Shown: piece after piece, positions 12,946-26,747 of the stretch
How positions within the stretch are numbered: position 1 is the first letter of the stretch
How the letters are laid out: each line of letters opens with the position of its first letter
Assembly (NCBI GenBank): GCA_951406725.2
Contig: OX597821.1
Span: 26,908,001 to 26,972,000, forward strand
Source: Octopus vulgaris
Lineage: Eukaryota
DNA length: 64,000 nt
Direction of reading: 5' to 3'
Program-made: the position numbers and the translations under genes
The notes under the pieces: model-generated
The model's database searches: none
What the model was told of the DNA's origin: nothing
Seen by the model: only the letters and a program-made list of their open reading frames with translations

Positions 12946-15900
12946 CAGTCTTTCTGAACAGAGCTCAGACGCATGCCTGGGAGGACCCCAATATGGGTTT
13001 TCGCGAGGAATACTCACTAAGAGAGAGAATTCGCCGGAGAAACCTAATATCCGAACTAAAGATGAGGAAACAAATGGGAGAGAAGGGTTTACGCATCCAA
13101 GATGGACAGATAATCAAGTCCTACATCTGGTCCCATGCTGTAGTGCTGACAGGGAAAGTGAAGTGAGGGCAAATCGAAGTGAAGTTGAAACCCCCGTCAA
13201 CGATGCTATCTCTGATACCCCTTATTCTGCTTGTTCAGCAACTCCCGCCCCTCAGACTTCACAGCTCAGCATCGTCTATACCAACTCGTGCTCCTTATTC
13301 CCAAAGTTCAGTGAACTATTTACACTGGCCATATGTGACTCCCCTGATGTGATAGCTATCACCGAGACTTGGCTGACTCCAGCAGTAAAGGACTCAGAAA
13401 TCCACCTGCAGGGCTACGTCCTTTTCAGATGTGACAGAGGAAAAAGGCGAGGTGGAGGTGTTGCTGTGTATGTTAAGTCTGAGCACAAACCGTCCAGCGG
13501 TATTCTACCCACTAATGCTCAACCTACAACAAAATTCGATGCCGTCTATTGCAAAACTATCCGAGTTTTGCCTGCCCGTGTTAGCTGCCTACAGGCCGCC
13601 TCTTGCCGACCCCCAGGACGATGCTCATTTACTCGAAGCGATAAGATTCGTTTCAGCTTCGCATGACTGTTTGGTACTAGGAGACTTCAACGCTCCCACG
13701 ATCGATTGGCCCGCATCAATTTGTACAACATCTTCCCGGTTCAGCCAGGCCCTTCTTGATGTGGCTGAAGATTATTTTCTATTGCAACATGTTGAATATC
13801 CGACAAGGCATCGGTCTGGGCAGCAGCCATCTATGCTAGATCTGGTATTCTCCCGCTATCCAAGATCAGTGTCAGACGTATCTGTGTGCGCCCCTCTTGC
13901 CAAGAGTGATCATGCGGTCCTGAAGTTCGTCATGCACACAACTTTTTCTACGGCCACAACTACTTCGCTGCTACGTAGAGTCTTCTCTGCAATTAATCTT
14001 GAAATTCTAACCGAGGCTTCTGCGCTTCTGGACTGGCGATCCCTGATGACGTTGTCCTCAGTTGACGAACTATGGTCATCCCTCAAGGCATATGTAATCT
14101 GGTTGACTGACCAGGCAGTTCCCGTTGGGCTTCCCAAGAAGAAGAAACACAAGCCCTGGGTGACGAAGAAGGTTAAACGAGAACGTCGACTCAGAGATAT
14201 TGCTTGGGCTGAATTCAAAAATCTGGATTCGACTGCAGCTTTTGATGTGTACAAAACTCAACGAGACCGAGCCGTGAAAATTGAAAAGAAAGAACGCTTC
14301 AGTTATGAATACAAAATCGCGGCAAATGCCAGTAGCAATCCAAAAACCTTCTTTGCCCATGTCCAGCGGAATTCCCGCTTGAACAACCAGATTGCAACGT
14401 TGGTAGACTCAACAGGCGTATCGATTGAGGACCCTTATCAACAGAGCCAATTATTTGCCGAGGCTTTTTCAACTATTTTCAAACAAGATGATGGTCGTGA
14501 ACCCCCTCCATTTGATAGATCGGTACCTCCAATGCTTCGATTGGTCATCACGCGGGACGAAGTCAAACGTGTTATTCAAGGCCTCGATGTCAACAAGGGT
14601 CACGGCCCTGACGGCATACACCCACGGGTTATCAAAGCGTTGGCTCCGGACATCTGCGAGCCCTTAACACGTCTATGCAATATGTCATTGGCGACGGGTG
14701 TTATACCTGCAGACTGGAGAACAGCGACAATCTGCCCAATTTTCAAGAAAGGGAGCCGCGAAGACCCGCTTAACTACCGACCGGTTTCCCTTACATCAAT
14801 AATCAGCAAGATGTTCGAAACCATCCTTAAGAAAAGTATGATGCTCCACCTCCTAAACACAGCCTCTATCTCTGATTCCCAACACGGCTTCGTGCCGAAG
14901 AGATCATGCTTGACCAACTTACTAGTAATGGAAGAATTGGTGACGCGCATCCTCGATGATAGTGATGCTGTTGACATCGTTTTATTGGACTTTGCCAAAG
15001 CTTTTGACTCGGTAAACCACCGCCTATTACTTGTCAAGCTTCAAGCATATAGTTTCCATCCGGATATTGTACGATGGGTTGGTGCCTTCCTCTCAGGTCG
15101 CTCCTTCCAAGTCCAAGTTAATGGTTCGCGGTCCGACGTCTCCAGTGCGAGCAGTGGCGTGCCTCAAGGTTCAGTGCTTGGGCCCTTGTTGTTCTTAGTC
15201 TTCATAAATGACTTGGCCGACGACCTCACGCAACACACCCTTCTATTTGCCGACGATATCAAACTGGTCGCTCCTCGCGGTGATATAGAGGATCTTCGTC
15301 GATGCCTCCACCAAATTTGGAAGTGGTCTAACGATTGGGACCTGTGTCTGAACGTGTTAAAGTGCTGTCATCTGCCTGTTGGCTCTCCTCCTGCAACTCA
15401 ACATGATTTCGAGCCGGGTCGTCTGCTGCTGGAGAGGACCGATCAGGTAAAGGACCTGGGTATCTTGGTGGATTCCTCCTTTTCGCCTTCGGCCCAGTGC
15501 GTCCATGCTGCCAACAAAGCACGCGGAATTCTGTTCTTGATTCGACGGTCATTCGGAATGCTCACAGCGGCCATATTCCTACCACTCTATGTCACGCTGG
15601 TGAGACCCATATTGGAGTATGGGATTCAAGCCTCTTCTCCTTATCTCCTCAAAGACATACAGCATCTCGAAAGAGTCCAGAAGCTGGCTACCCGCATGGT
15701 TCATGGTCTCAAAAATTTGTCCTGAGGACGCTCGACCTTTATTCTCTTGAAAAACGCCGCCGCCGTGGTGATCTCATTCTCGCCCACAACATCATAAGCG
15801 GAAAGTGTAACCTCTCGAAAGAGCTGTTCTTCACTCCTGCTCCAGAGCGTCGGCTGCGGGGTCATTCCGAAAAGCTCTACCTGCGACGATTTCATCTCAA

Positions 15901-16117
15901 TCGAAGGAGAGGAGCTTTCTCCGTCCGGGTTGCGGATCCGTGGAACAAGCTGCCAGACGAGATGGTGAAGATGCCGACGACCGCTTTGTTCACAGCCTCC
16001 CTGGACCTCAAGTGGCCTGAACTCTTTACATGAACACCACCCTGTACTTAACTCCATGTCCCCCTACATGGCCTTGCTATTTGCTTTTGAGCCAAATTAA
16101 CTAACTAACTAACTAAC
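12946..16117 (+). mobile_element. CR1-clade LINE, 5'-truncated: ORF1 C-terminus plus near-complete ORF2 (APE endonuclease + RT), (CTAA)n tail
   Basis: APE motifs YTN, ITETWL, RGGGVAVYV, YRPP, LGDFN, LDLVF, SDH. RT motifs NYRPVSL, QHGF, LDFAKAFD, GVPQGSVLGP, FADD, DLGI. C-terminal RRRGDL, LRGH, WNKLP. Ends AACTAACTAACTAAC and lies within (TA)n. Confidence 0.95.
13268..16033 (+). pseudogene. CR1 ORF2 broken by two frameshifts (~13560 and ~15722)
   Basis: ORFs 12905..13666, 13431..15725 and 15497..16033 supply consecutive parts of one APE-RT protein. Confidence 0.9.
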
Positions 16118-16128
16118 ATATATATAAA

Positions 16129-16551
16129 ATATTATATTAAATTAGAGACAAAACCACTATTAGGCAAATCAAACAATGAAAAACTTAAGCCAATACATAA
16201 GATTATTTAATTTATATCATTTAAATATATAACAAAATTATTAAAAAAATATAATTAATATCACACTACGATCGTTTCATGCCTGCTAACTTCTTCAAAT
16301 TTTTGAGTCGCAGTCATTCATCAGGTGGTTTAAATATTTATCTTGGCGAGGCTTAAACAATTAATAATTTTGTTATATATTTAAATGATATAAATTAAAT
16401 AATCTTATGTATTGGCTTAAGTTTTTCATTGTTTGATTTGCCTAATAGTGGTTTTGTCTCTAATTTAATATAATATAATATTTTACTATAAAATTGGATT
16501 CAATCCTAAATCTGATTTTTCCCTGTAAGTTTGGATTTATTCCCTAATATT

Positions 16552-16552
<1 letters not shown>
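16129..16552 (+). mobile_element. Family-A palindromic element with HHR in the loop and 3' tail
   Basis: 116-bp arms 16129-16244 and 16361-16476; tail homologous to 12854-12921; flanked by (TA)n. Confidence 0.85.
16264..16328 (-). ncRNA. Type-I hammerhead ribozyme motif
   Basis: Minus strand: cac-CTGATGA-atgactgc...gcaggcat-GAAAC-gatc-GTA-gtg; canonical core and palindromic helix III (ACGATCGT). Confidence 0.85.
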
Positions 16553-16638
<86 letters not shown>

Positions 16639-16924
16639 GTATGTGCGTGTGTATAAATATATTCTTTATGAACATTAGAGGACTATTACAACTCAGTAAC
16701 AGACCCGAAATTCCCTTCCTGAGACCTTGTGACATGCTATCAAGCCTTATGCAGAGCACTTAATGAAACGTGCTTAAAACCCGACCTCTCAGATGCAGAA
16801 ATACACGTACCAATGTATGAAGTGTTACGCCATCTTTCTTTCCTTCCTTGAGTGTCTGCTAATACTTCACATATACTACGTCCTCGCCTTGTTGTTTTCT
16901 TTTTGTCCTATTGTGCACCCTACT

Positions 16925-17185
16925 CAGGCCGTTTCTTCATCATAATGAAAGGCCTTTGGGTTTGACCTTATGTCTTTTATAACCCAGGCTTCTTTGTTCG
17001 CCCTCTCCTTCACATAGGATTTTTGCAAGCTTTTTTCAATCTTCATTAGTGTTGTTTTTAGGTGGGACCTTTCACTATTTATGGGAGGTTGGTTGAAGTG
17101 ATTTGCAGCCTTCTCCTGTGGTCTCATGATGATATTATTCTCCCTGGAATCTCGTTCCTTTTTGTGTTGGACTTGTGCTACACAT
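16925..17185 (-). pseudogene. CR1/Jockey-like LINE ORF2 fragment
   Basis: KIEKSLQKSYVKERANKEAWVIKDIRSNPKAFHY resembles the APE-RT linker (cf. ANASSNPKTFF in the intact CR1). Confidence 0.55.
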
Positions 17186-18084
17186 ATGCACACACACACG
17201 CGTACGGGGACACACACAAACACACACACATACACACACACACGTTACACAATATTTATGAATTTCTTTTCTCTTTAAGCACAAACGTTTACTCGTAACC
17301 TTCGTTATTTTTCGCTTAGAAAATTATCTCGTTTCGCAGAGATACAAATTTTCATTGTGACCCTTTTAAATTTTCGATTTATAATTTTACTTCTATTCTT
17401 GGACAGTACAAATTTTTATTATAATAATTTAAAAAAAAATTTAGATAGAAATACAAGTTTTTATTTCTAAGACCGAAATTTTATCTCTTATCTTGTTTCA
17501 GTTTTTATTAATTTGGAAAATTAGAATTGCATTTCTGCGAAATTCAAATTTTCATAATATACTTTTAGATAAAAAAATTAAATACAAATTTTTCATGACA
17601 ACATCTTAAAATTTTAAATTTGAAAATTAATTATTGTGCTTTTTAAGAAGAATTTTCAAGAGAGCTCTTTTTTATTTATTGAATATTCTTTTGCGAAAAT
17701 TCAACTTGACATGTTTTTTTTTAATTAAAAGTAGCATCGTATGTAGTTATCTAATAAAAAGAAGCATGCACACAAATATGAAAATACACAACAAGTATTA
17801 GACGTAACGTTAGAGTAAAATTTGAACGAAACTTCCAAATAACAGCTGAAAATAGCTTTTTCTTATTGATACTATTGTAATATACAAAGAGTATACAGTG
17901 GAACGAACTGTCAGTAACGACAAGTAACTTGGAAAGTTTTCAGTTTACGTTCACTTCCCAGGTGTAAAAGCATCATTTCGAATTTTCAAGTAGTCTTTAT
18001 TCTGGAGAGGAAGGAGTATATACATTCCTAACTATAAATGCTTGAGGATCAAGAAAATGTGTGTTGCATGTTGACTTAGGGGAA

Positions 18085-18490
18085 GATATTCAAGTATATT
18101 TTGTATACATTATTTACACATGGCGGATATTTGTCCTCATCTTGTTTGCTGTTAAAATAATATTCCGGCTGATATACCTTTGTACAACCTACCACAGTTG
18201 CATGAGATGGAGTACACGTAGTTTTTGGTCATATTCTCTTCTATTGGTGATTTTATTCGAAGATATTTGCGAAGTGTTGTATTACTCTTGAATACTGTCC
18301 TGATGTAATATGAGCCGCATATCTTTTGTATCTTTTCGGAGAGGCCTTTCACATAGGGTAGACAGATTGTGGACAGTTTATTGGTTTCATTCTCTATTTT
18401 ATTCATAATTGGAGTGGATAGCATGTTTTGGGGTAGTTTTTTATTAATACATTGTTACTGAGCTTGGTCATTTCTTCGTGCTGGGTATCG
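18085..18490 (-). pseudogene. Penelope-like fragment, same family as 5145-5660
   Basis: [37 protein letters not shown]...NYVYSISCNCGRLYKG (GIY-YIG start); shares KGLSEKIQKICG with the 5.6 kb copy. Confidence 0.85.
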
Positions 18491-19576
18491 TGAAGAAATT
18501 CACAAGTCATGCCTCTTAATGATTCACGCGAAGATTTATCTGTTTTGACACCCTTTGAAACAAGTCAAAAATGTTCCCCAAAAGGCTCCATTTATATGAG
18601 AGACAGAAGGAATTACATTTTTCTTTCGAAATACACGAATATGTTAATATACCATGTATCAAATTTGGAATTTATTTTTCTTTTCGAATAAGCGATCAAA
18701 TAATTTCATTTTGACATATCACACAGTAATGTCATATTCCTGCGCATATTTTCCTTTAATAACATACTTTACAATAATTCATTATAATAGTTTCACTATT
18801 TACATTTGTAACAATAACATTTTGATAATTGCTATCAGTAAGACAGTTAACAGATTTAAAATGGTTCATCAAATTCATGCTGAACACATCATAACTCGCT
18901 AATCATTCGATGTGCAAAATATAAATTTCAATAAATATATTTTATATCAGCGCTTCGACTTAATATCGAAGTGAAGTCACATATTTTTACAGTGCTTCAG
19001 AGTGAGGTAGTGAAACTTTTGATTGTCAAAATAGTAGTTATAAGGTATTGGGAGCTGGGAATTTAAAGACACGCTTCGTTTGTCTCCTATCAGTTTCTTA
19101 GGGGGTGACAACTTGTTATTAGAAGTTGTGTACAGCAATTTTATATGTAGGTGTGAAATATGTATGGATATCTGTTCATCTGTTTTCTGTTAGAGTGACA
19201 TTGAAAAAGTAAAATGTTAACAATTAAATAAAATGGTAACAGCTGAATGTTAAAAAATAAAATGTTAAAAATTACGCGTCTGTGAAATATTAAGTTACAC
19301 GCTGATCAAATGAAGAGGTAGTTCTTTCACTAACATTTAAACCTAAAAAGTTGACAAATACATATTCTCCCAGATAGCGGGCTGATGTTTGTAGTAATTT
19401 CGTACAATACCTGTTACATTCTGTCCACTTATATACATCGAGTCTGACCATAACGACAAACTGGGTTTTTGTCAGATACGAATTCGTTAAACACTCGGCC
19501 TTTTATATATCACAGTTTTCCGATGTATTATGGAAATGATTCCCAATATATACATACATAATACATACATACACAC

Positions 19577-19669
<93 letters not shown>

Positions 19670-20788
19670 TGTATATACATAATTCATATATATATATATA
19701 GGAATGTATATATATATATATATATACACAAAGAGATGGGAAAGCGAGACCGGCTATCATGCATTGTAGCAGAGTATTCATACGTATACAAGCACCCATA
19801 ATTATAACTATATATACATTCACGCTAGCGTATTAAATATGCACATCGATATAATCTACATTGCCATAATGTATTCAAGAATATTGCATGACTAAATCAT
19901 AAATATATTTTCTTGTTTTTATAGCTATGAAAAGAAGTTTTAGGTTGTTGTATACAAATGCCAGAAATCTTTGAACGAAAACAAGTTAAATTATTCTATA
20001 ATGCACTTATATTCTGCATTATGATTCGATAGACTTAATTTTTTCGTTAACGCGTATTTCTCATTCACGTTGAAAATATACATTTGAATATATTTTCCAT
20101 ATGGTAATGAGTGAAGAAAATCTCCAAATAATATCTAGCAAAAGTAAGAATTTAGAAGTATATAAAATGCACAACGGTTAATAAACAAAAGATACTGTTG
20201 CCTACTTAACGATTAAAGAGTCACAGGAATAAAATAATAATCACAATGCCTGAGTGGCCAGATATTTTTAGAGAGAGGTAAAGTCAATCAAATCGATCGC
20301 AAAGTACGAAAATCGATTAAACCGAGTTTACCTCTGGCATTTTTGTGTGAATTACAAACGTATTTAAGGCAAATTCATTTTCGATGGAATTTCAAGCCGG
20401 AAGTGAAAGGGATGTAACCTGAAAAGAGTATGCTATTTAATCGGATATTCAACTGATTCAGTTACTCTGCCGATCAAATAATAACGCGTTCTACATGATT
20501 TACAGACATTTATATAATGTTGTAGCACTTACTCAACGCAATCAATGCCACATCGTAACACGCATAACACCAGTCACATAGAATATACGAAGCACATTTA
20601 CCACAGGAGAAAGCAAAACAAATCGCATTCTGCATATCCTGCACAATAGACAAACGAAACACTAAACAAAGATTCTAAACTGCAAAACAAGTCTACAACA
20701 GAGAACAGTTTATGTGACTACAAACTTACAGAGCAATTGTACGTTTGCTTTAATCATTGCCACACACATTCTAACTGACCATGAGAAA

Positions 20789-20838
<50 letters not shown>

Positions 20839-20854
20839 ATAACAACAACAAATA

Positions 20855-22145
20855 GAAAACTGAGGACTGAACCGGATCCCTAACTTGTGGTTGAATTGAT
20901 ACATTTTGCTGTATCCCTAACTGAAGCCATCCAGAACCCAGAGGAAATACCTGCCTGACTAACCGAAGGAACAACATATCTTTTACCAAAAACTGAAGTC
21001 ACGAAAAGTTCGAAATGAAAATAATAATTCAGAAGTGGGGCATTAGAAGTGTGAGAAAGCTAAGGAAGTCAAAGCTAAATGGCACGAATCTAGTGAAGGC
21101 TGTAAATACTTGGGCAGTATCATTACTTAGATACACAGCAGCTTTTGTAGATTGGAGAAAAACTGAATTAGCAAAGCTAGACAGAAAAATTACGATTGAA
21201 TTCAATATGATTGGGGGCTCCACCTAAGGTCAGGAGTAGCAAGATTATACCTACCTAGAAAGGAAGGCGGAAGAGCTGGCAGAATCGTTAGCACGCCGGG
21301 CGAAAATGCGTAGCCGTATTTCGTCTGCCGCTACGTTCTGAGTTCAAATTCCGCCGAGGTCGACTTTGCCTTTCATCCTTTCGGGGTCAATTAAATAAGT
21401 ACCAGTTACGCACTGAGGTCGATATAATCGACTTAATCCGCCTGTCTGTCCTTGTTTGTGCTCTCTGTGTTTAGCCCATTGTGGGTAGTAAAGAAATAGT
21501 TTAATATCAATAGAAGACTGTCTGGCGCTAGGTAGAGTAACTATAAACTCCTATGCAGGTTATAGTGCAGAAAGGTTATTTAATGCTGCTGGAGTCACAG
21601 CAAGACATAGAGAAACCAAAAACCGAATAAAGAACAGAAATTATCTGACTGTCAAGAGAAGGCGTTGCGTGGTCGATTCACACAGGTAGTTGCAGAAAAT
21701 AGTAGTAGTAAGACATGGTTATAGTTTCAGAAAGGAGAACTGAAAAAAGAAACAGAAAGTTTGTTAATAGCAGCACAAGATCAAGCATTAAGGACGAATT
21801 TGATAAAAGCCAAGGTAAATAAAAAACAAGAAGATGCCCAATGTAGGTCATGCAAATAAAAATATGAAAGTGTTACTCATATAGTGAGTGAATGTAGCAT
21901 ACTGGTACAAAAAGAATATAAGAAAAGTCATGGTAATCTAAGGAGAGCAATCCACTGGGAGATATGTAGCAAAATAGGATTTGAACATACTGATAAATGA
22001 TATGAATATGAACCTAGTAATGTACTAGAAAGTAAGAAATACAACATGTTGGGAGACTTTAACGTTCAGACTTACAGAGTACTAGAAGATATAATGCCTG
22101 ATTTAGTAATAGTAGTTAAAGGAAATAGAAAATGTCAGAAAATTG
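20855..22145 (+). pseudogene. Decayed R4/Dong-clade (RLE) non-LTR retrotransposon
   Basis: KSKLNGTNLVKAVNTWAVSLLRY; RLYLPRKEGGR; LKKETESLLIAAQDQALRTN; CRSC...ESVTHIVSEC zinc knuckle; PDL nuclease start. Confidence 0.85.
21272..21499 (+). mobile_element. tRNA-derived SINE family 2, inserted in the R4 relic
   Basis: GAGCTGGCAGAATCGTTAGCACG...GAGTTCAAATTCCGCCGAGGTCGACTTTGCCTTTCATCCTTTCGGGGTC...AAGTACCAG; interrupts the EGGRG/LISIEDC coding motif. Confidence 0.9.
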
Positions 22146-22149
22146 ACTT

Positions 22150-22650
22150 TAAAGTTAGTCCCAAATAATGAGGGTCCAAAGAGGAAAGTGTCTGTGTTTA
22201 GCTCCTTCAAACAGGTCCACCATACTACCTCTTTTGCTACAGCCACTAAACAAACAAAAATTGTCTGCCTCTCCCAGCCAAAGGATGGTAACGGGGCAAC
22301 CTTCATAATGGATTCAGAAGATAGCCGGATTCATCTCACAAGCGACAGCAGGTGTTCGACATAAACCCACAGGTCAGCAATACTTGGGCACTGGACGAGG
22401 GCGTGCACAACGGTTTCATCGTTCTTGGCGCACCTCGGACAGTGTCGTCTGACGGTACTTCCGTGCCTGTAAAGTTTATCCCAAACTGGCGGCGCCCAAA
22501 GTAGCACTTCCAGGCAAGGGATTTCTGGAAGTTACCGATAGGCCCAGGCCCGACAGTTCTCCTAAAGAGACCGGTTAGTGGATCTTCGACGCCCAGAATT
22601 TCCCCGAGAACGTCGTCGCACAGGGTTTGATATAATCGACCTATCCCTAA
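22150..22650 (-). pseudogene. L1/Tx1-clade ORF2 C-terminal fragment (zf-RVT region)
   Basis: Across frames: FQKSLAWKCY...DKLYRHG...CPRCAKNDETVVHALVQCP...LWVYVE...VAVAKEVVWW. Confidence 0.75.
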
Positions 22651-23499
22651 AGTTGCTGGCCTTATTCCAAAATATGAAACCAATATTTTTATCAAAAGAC
22701 TGTCACTTCCATGTCCTTTATATTTCGTCACTCTTGTGCGTTTGATATATATCTGTTACACAGCATCTAATTTTTATTAAAAAGTACTAATTCATATTTG
22801 ACCTACTGTCAATTTCGTTTCATCATTTGATCGTTGTTGTCATTTTCTTGCACCATTTTAAACACTTTAAACCGAGTCACTTCACATTTTCTGCCTCTGT
22901 TCCTTTTGCTTCCTATTTTCTGTCTTTATTTTTCTTCAACATTCATTGCCTCTCTGTTATACTAAAGCGATAAGGTTGTAATAACATTTGAAGAAGGGAC
23001 GTGAGCGTTTGCGTTCGAGATCAGGCAATATCTTTTCCAGGCTCTTTGCAGAGTTAGAGACGCTGTTACTTTCACTTGATTCTGCTGTGGATGGATACTC
23101 TTCCTTATCCCCTCACTAACACTGCCTGCCATGTCGGTTTCTCGGTCATTTCCAGGGAACAAAGTAAACTGGTCCTTTACACCTGTTTTGAAGCTTTTAA
23201 CTGGTCGCGCTGCTGGAACGGAAGCCTCCTGATCTTGAACTGATTATTGCCACTCTTTTCGCTGTTTTTCTACTCCATGTCTAGAAAGCCATAGAATAGC
23301 TTTTCTTTTCACAAACACAATAGCTGAGTTTTTTGCGCTGCACTATTACTGTCGTAATTTTAGTTTCTATGCTATTAAAAGAGTAAAGAATCTCAATAGC
23401 TTCGTGATCTTGCGGTATACCTACAATAACACAATTTTCCAGATAATTTATATCCTGCAGTTCTTACCATATCTAGGTACTTTGAAAACTCACGAACAA

Positions 23500-23800
23500 G
23501 TCAGCAGCTGGCTGATAAGCGGAAACCTCAACGTGGAAACCAGTAAGAAGTGGTATGAATATGTACCAACTATTCCGCACGAAAATAACCTAACCATGAT
23601 CACCTAGGACTTGCCTGTCCTAACTGACACGGGGTTCAAAAGAAATAATTTAAATATAAACATAAGTATTGGAACATCACTATGGAATTTGAAAGACGTT
23701 GCCTTCGTTTCCGTCTAAGACATTGCTTGAAAGAAGTTTGAGATTCAATCAAATTGCAAAGATCTAAGGATCGAGAAAGTGAAGCAAGCAGCATGAATGG
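23500..23800 (+). pseudogene. Short R4-like RLE fragment
   Basis: KKWYEYVP...ENNLTMIT*DLPVLTD resembles the R4 WYEH-P...ILWD motif. Confidence 0.45.
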
Positions 23801-24246
23801 CATGAAAGTAGTAAGTATTATGATGGAAATGTTAGCAAAAACATGAAAGTAATTCGGCGTATAGAGTTATTCACTCTTTAAATACAGTTTTACCAGACAA
23901 TGGCTCACTGAAAGCATATAATAAGAATAAGACTATTAAAAATATATATATATATTTAGATTGACACCAGTGACACTAAAATGTAAATCAAGATGTTAAC
24001 TGAAAAATTGCTTCTTATGTATGAGTGGCTACATTTATCAAAAAGGGGTGGGGTGGGGGACGCCGTTTCTGATAGCATTTGAACTCATAACAAGAGTTCA
24101 ACATGACATGAGAAATTAAGTCTATATTGTACTGTTTTCGATACACCATCGCTATTTTAAAAGCAAGTATATTGTGAGATTCGAACCAACAACCTCATTA
24201 TGAATACTTTCAGGCATTGACAAATGAAAGAGCTTAGCAGTTATAA

Positions 24247-24686
24247 TACTCTTTTTTACTCTTTTACTTGTTTCAGTCATTTGACTGCGGCCATGCTGGA
24301 GCACCGCCTTTAGTCGAGCAACTCGACCCCGGGACTTATTCTTTGTAAGCCCAGTACTTATTCTATCGTTCTCTTTTGCCGAACCGCTAAGTGGCGGGGA
24401 CGTAAACACACCAGCATCGGTTGTCAAGCAATGCTAGGGGTACAAACACAGACAGACAAACACAGACAGACAAACACATACACACACACATACACACATA
24501 TACATATATATATACACATATACGACGGGTTTCTTTCAATTTCCGTCTACTAAATCCACTCACAAGGCTTTGGTCGGCCCGAGGTTATAGTAGAAGACAC
24601 TTACCCAAGGTGCCACACAGTGGGACTAAACCCGGAACCATGTGGTTGGTAAGCAAGCTACTTACCACACAGCCACTCCGGCGCCT
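24247..24686 (-). mobile_element. tRNA-derived SINE family 1, full length
   Basis: Colinear with the 36301 copy; ends in GTAAAAGAGTAAAA repeats. Confidence 0.9.
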
Positions 24687-24709
24687 ATGATTATTTTGTT
24701 GATGGAATT

Positions 24710-26106
24710 TATAACGACGATATAAAAGATGATGATATTGACGACAACGACGACGACGATGATGATGATGAAAAGATATGATTGGCTTTGTTTGTGACCT
24801 TGATGTTGCTGTTTCTGCTATTGATGATGATGATGAGGAGGATGATGGCATTGACGATTGTAAAGATCACATTAACGAGAAGTGAATCTCGTCCAGTGAG
24901 TAATGATGACGTCTATCAAAACCGAGTGTCTAAATACTGTATCTTCTTGTCTGAGTCCACTCGTAAAGGATAGATCTATTAAATGCAAATATATTATATG
25001 ACATTAAATCATTGGAAATGAAAGCTAAAGCGTAAGGTTTCGCAAGATTTTGTTGAAAAGCCAGATAATTATTCATAATAGATGACAACATTATTTTCGT
25101 AGTGTGTAATGTAAGTATTCCCAGACATAGATGTCTCACTCTGACTGAAATTCACATATTTGGACATGTCCATCATCGTCGTCGTTGTCGTCGTCTTGTG
25201 GGGGTGGTTGGTGGTCGTCATTATCGACAATAACACATCTGCCATAACTAACACCACTACCACTACCACTACTACTCTTCCTCCTCACCCCTCCTGTCAC
25301 CCCTCCTCACTACCACCACCACCACCACTACTCTTCCTCCTCCTCACCCCTTCTAGTCCTCACACCTTCTAGTCCTCACCCCCACGTCCTCACCCCCTCG
25401 TCCTCACCCCTTCTAGTCCTCACCCCCTCGTCTTCACCCCTCGTCCTCATCCCTCGTCCTCCTCACCCCTCGTTCTCCTCACCCCTCCTCCTCCTCACCC
25501 TTCTCCTCACCCCTCTTCCTTGCCGCACTTCCTCACCCCTCCTTCCTCCTCACCCCCTCCTAACCTCTCCTCACCCATCCTTGTCACCCCTCTTCACTAC
25601 CACCATCACCACCACCACCACCACCACCACCCACCCTAGTCCTACCCCATCTCCTCCCCTCCTCCCCCCATCCGCCACACCCTCCTCTCACCCTTCATCA
25701 CCCTCTCATCACGCTCCCCCTCCCCATCTCTTCTGCCCCCATCCTCCTCATCCCCCTCCGCATCGCTTCTGCCCCATCCTCCTCATCCCTCTCCTCCATC
25801 TCCCCATCATCATCTTCATCCTCCTTATCACTATCAGCAGCAACAACTTTAATCATCGTGATTCTCCTCATCGTCTTGTAGTCATCATGATCATCGTCAT
25901 CATCATCATCATCATCATCTAAGCCACTGCCACCATTATCTTCCTACATTTGCTCCTCCTTCTCTACCTCCATTACTATCGCCTGCTCCTCCTTATCATC
26001 ATCATCATCATCCTCATCATCGTCATCGCCATCGTCGTTGCCATCATCGTCATCATCATCATCATCATCATCATCATTATCATCATCATCATCCTCATCC
26101 TCATCC

Positions 26107-26144
<38 letters not shown>

Positions 26145-26715
26145 TCCTACATTGTTATCATTAAATTTGCTAAATTATGAAATGTACTCTACTAAATCAG
26201 TTATCAGCGTGTGACACGTGACACGTATTTCATTCCGTCCATCTCGGAAAGATAACAGGCAGAGTTCACGTTCGTTAGGATTGGGTCCCTGCCCGAAAAA
26301 AGGGCAGTAAATGCCGCAAGGCACTGACGATTCGAATTATAAACAGTTCTTTATTTATTAGCATAAAGATAACCGTTGTGGCGATAATGAATATGTTGAA
26401 GAGAAAATGGCTTCAGCCACGACCATGAACACGATGACGACGAGAACGTTGATAATAATGATGATGATGATGAGGATGATTATGATGATGATGATGATGA
26501 AGATGATGATGATGATAATTACGATGATGATGATTACGATGATGATGATTATGGTGATGATGGTGATGATGATTACGATGATTACGATGAGGATGAGGAT
26601 GATGATGGTGATGATGATTACGATGATGATGATTATGATGATGATGATTACGATGATGATGATTAAGATGATGATGATTACGATGATGATGATGATGTAG
26701 ATGAGGATGATGATG

Positions 26716-26747
<32 letters not shown>

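Noticed and set aside
21272-21360. tRNA genes in SINE heads
   Set aside because: A/B-box-like motifs are present but no full cloverleaf; they continue into SINE bodies.
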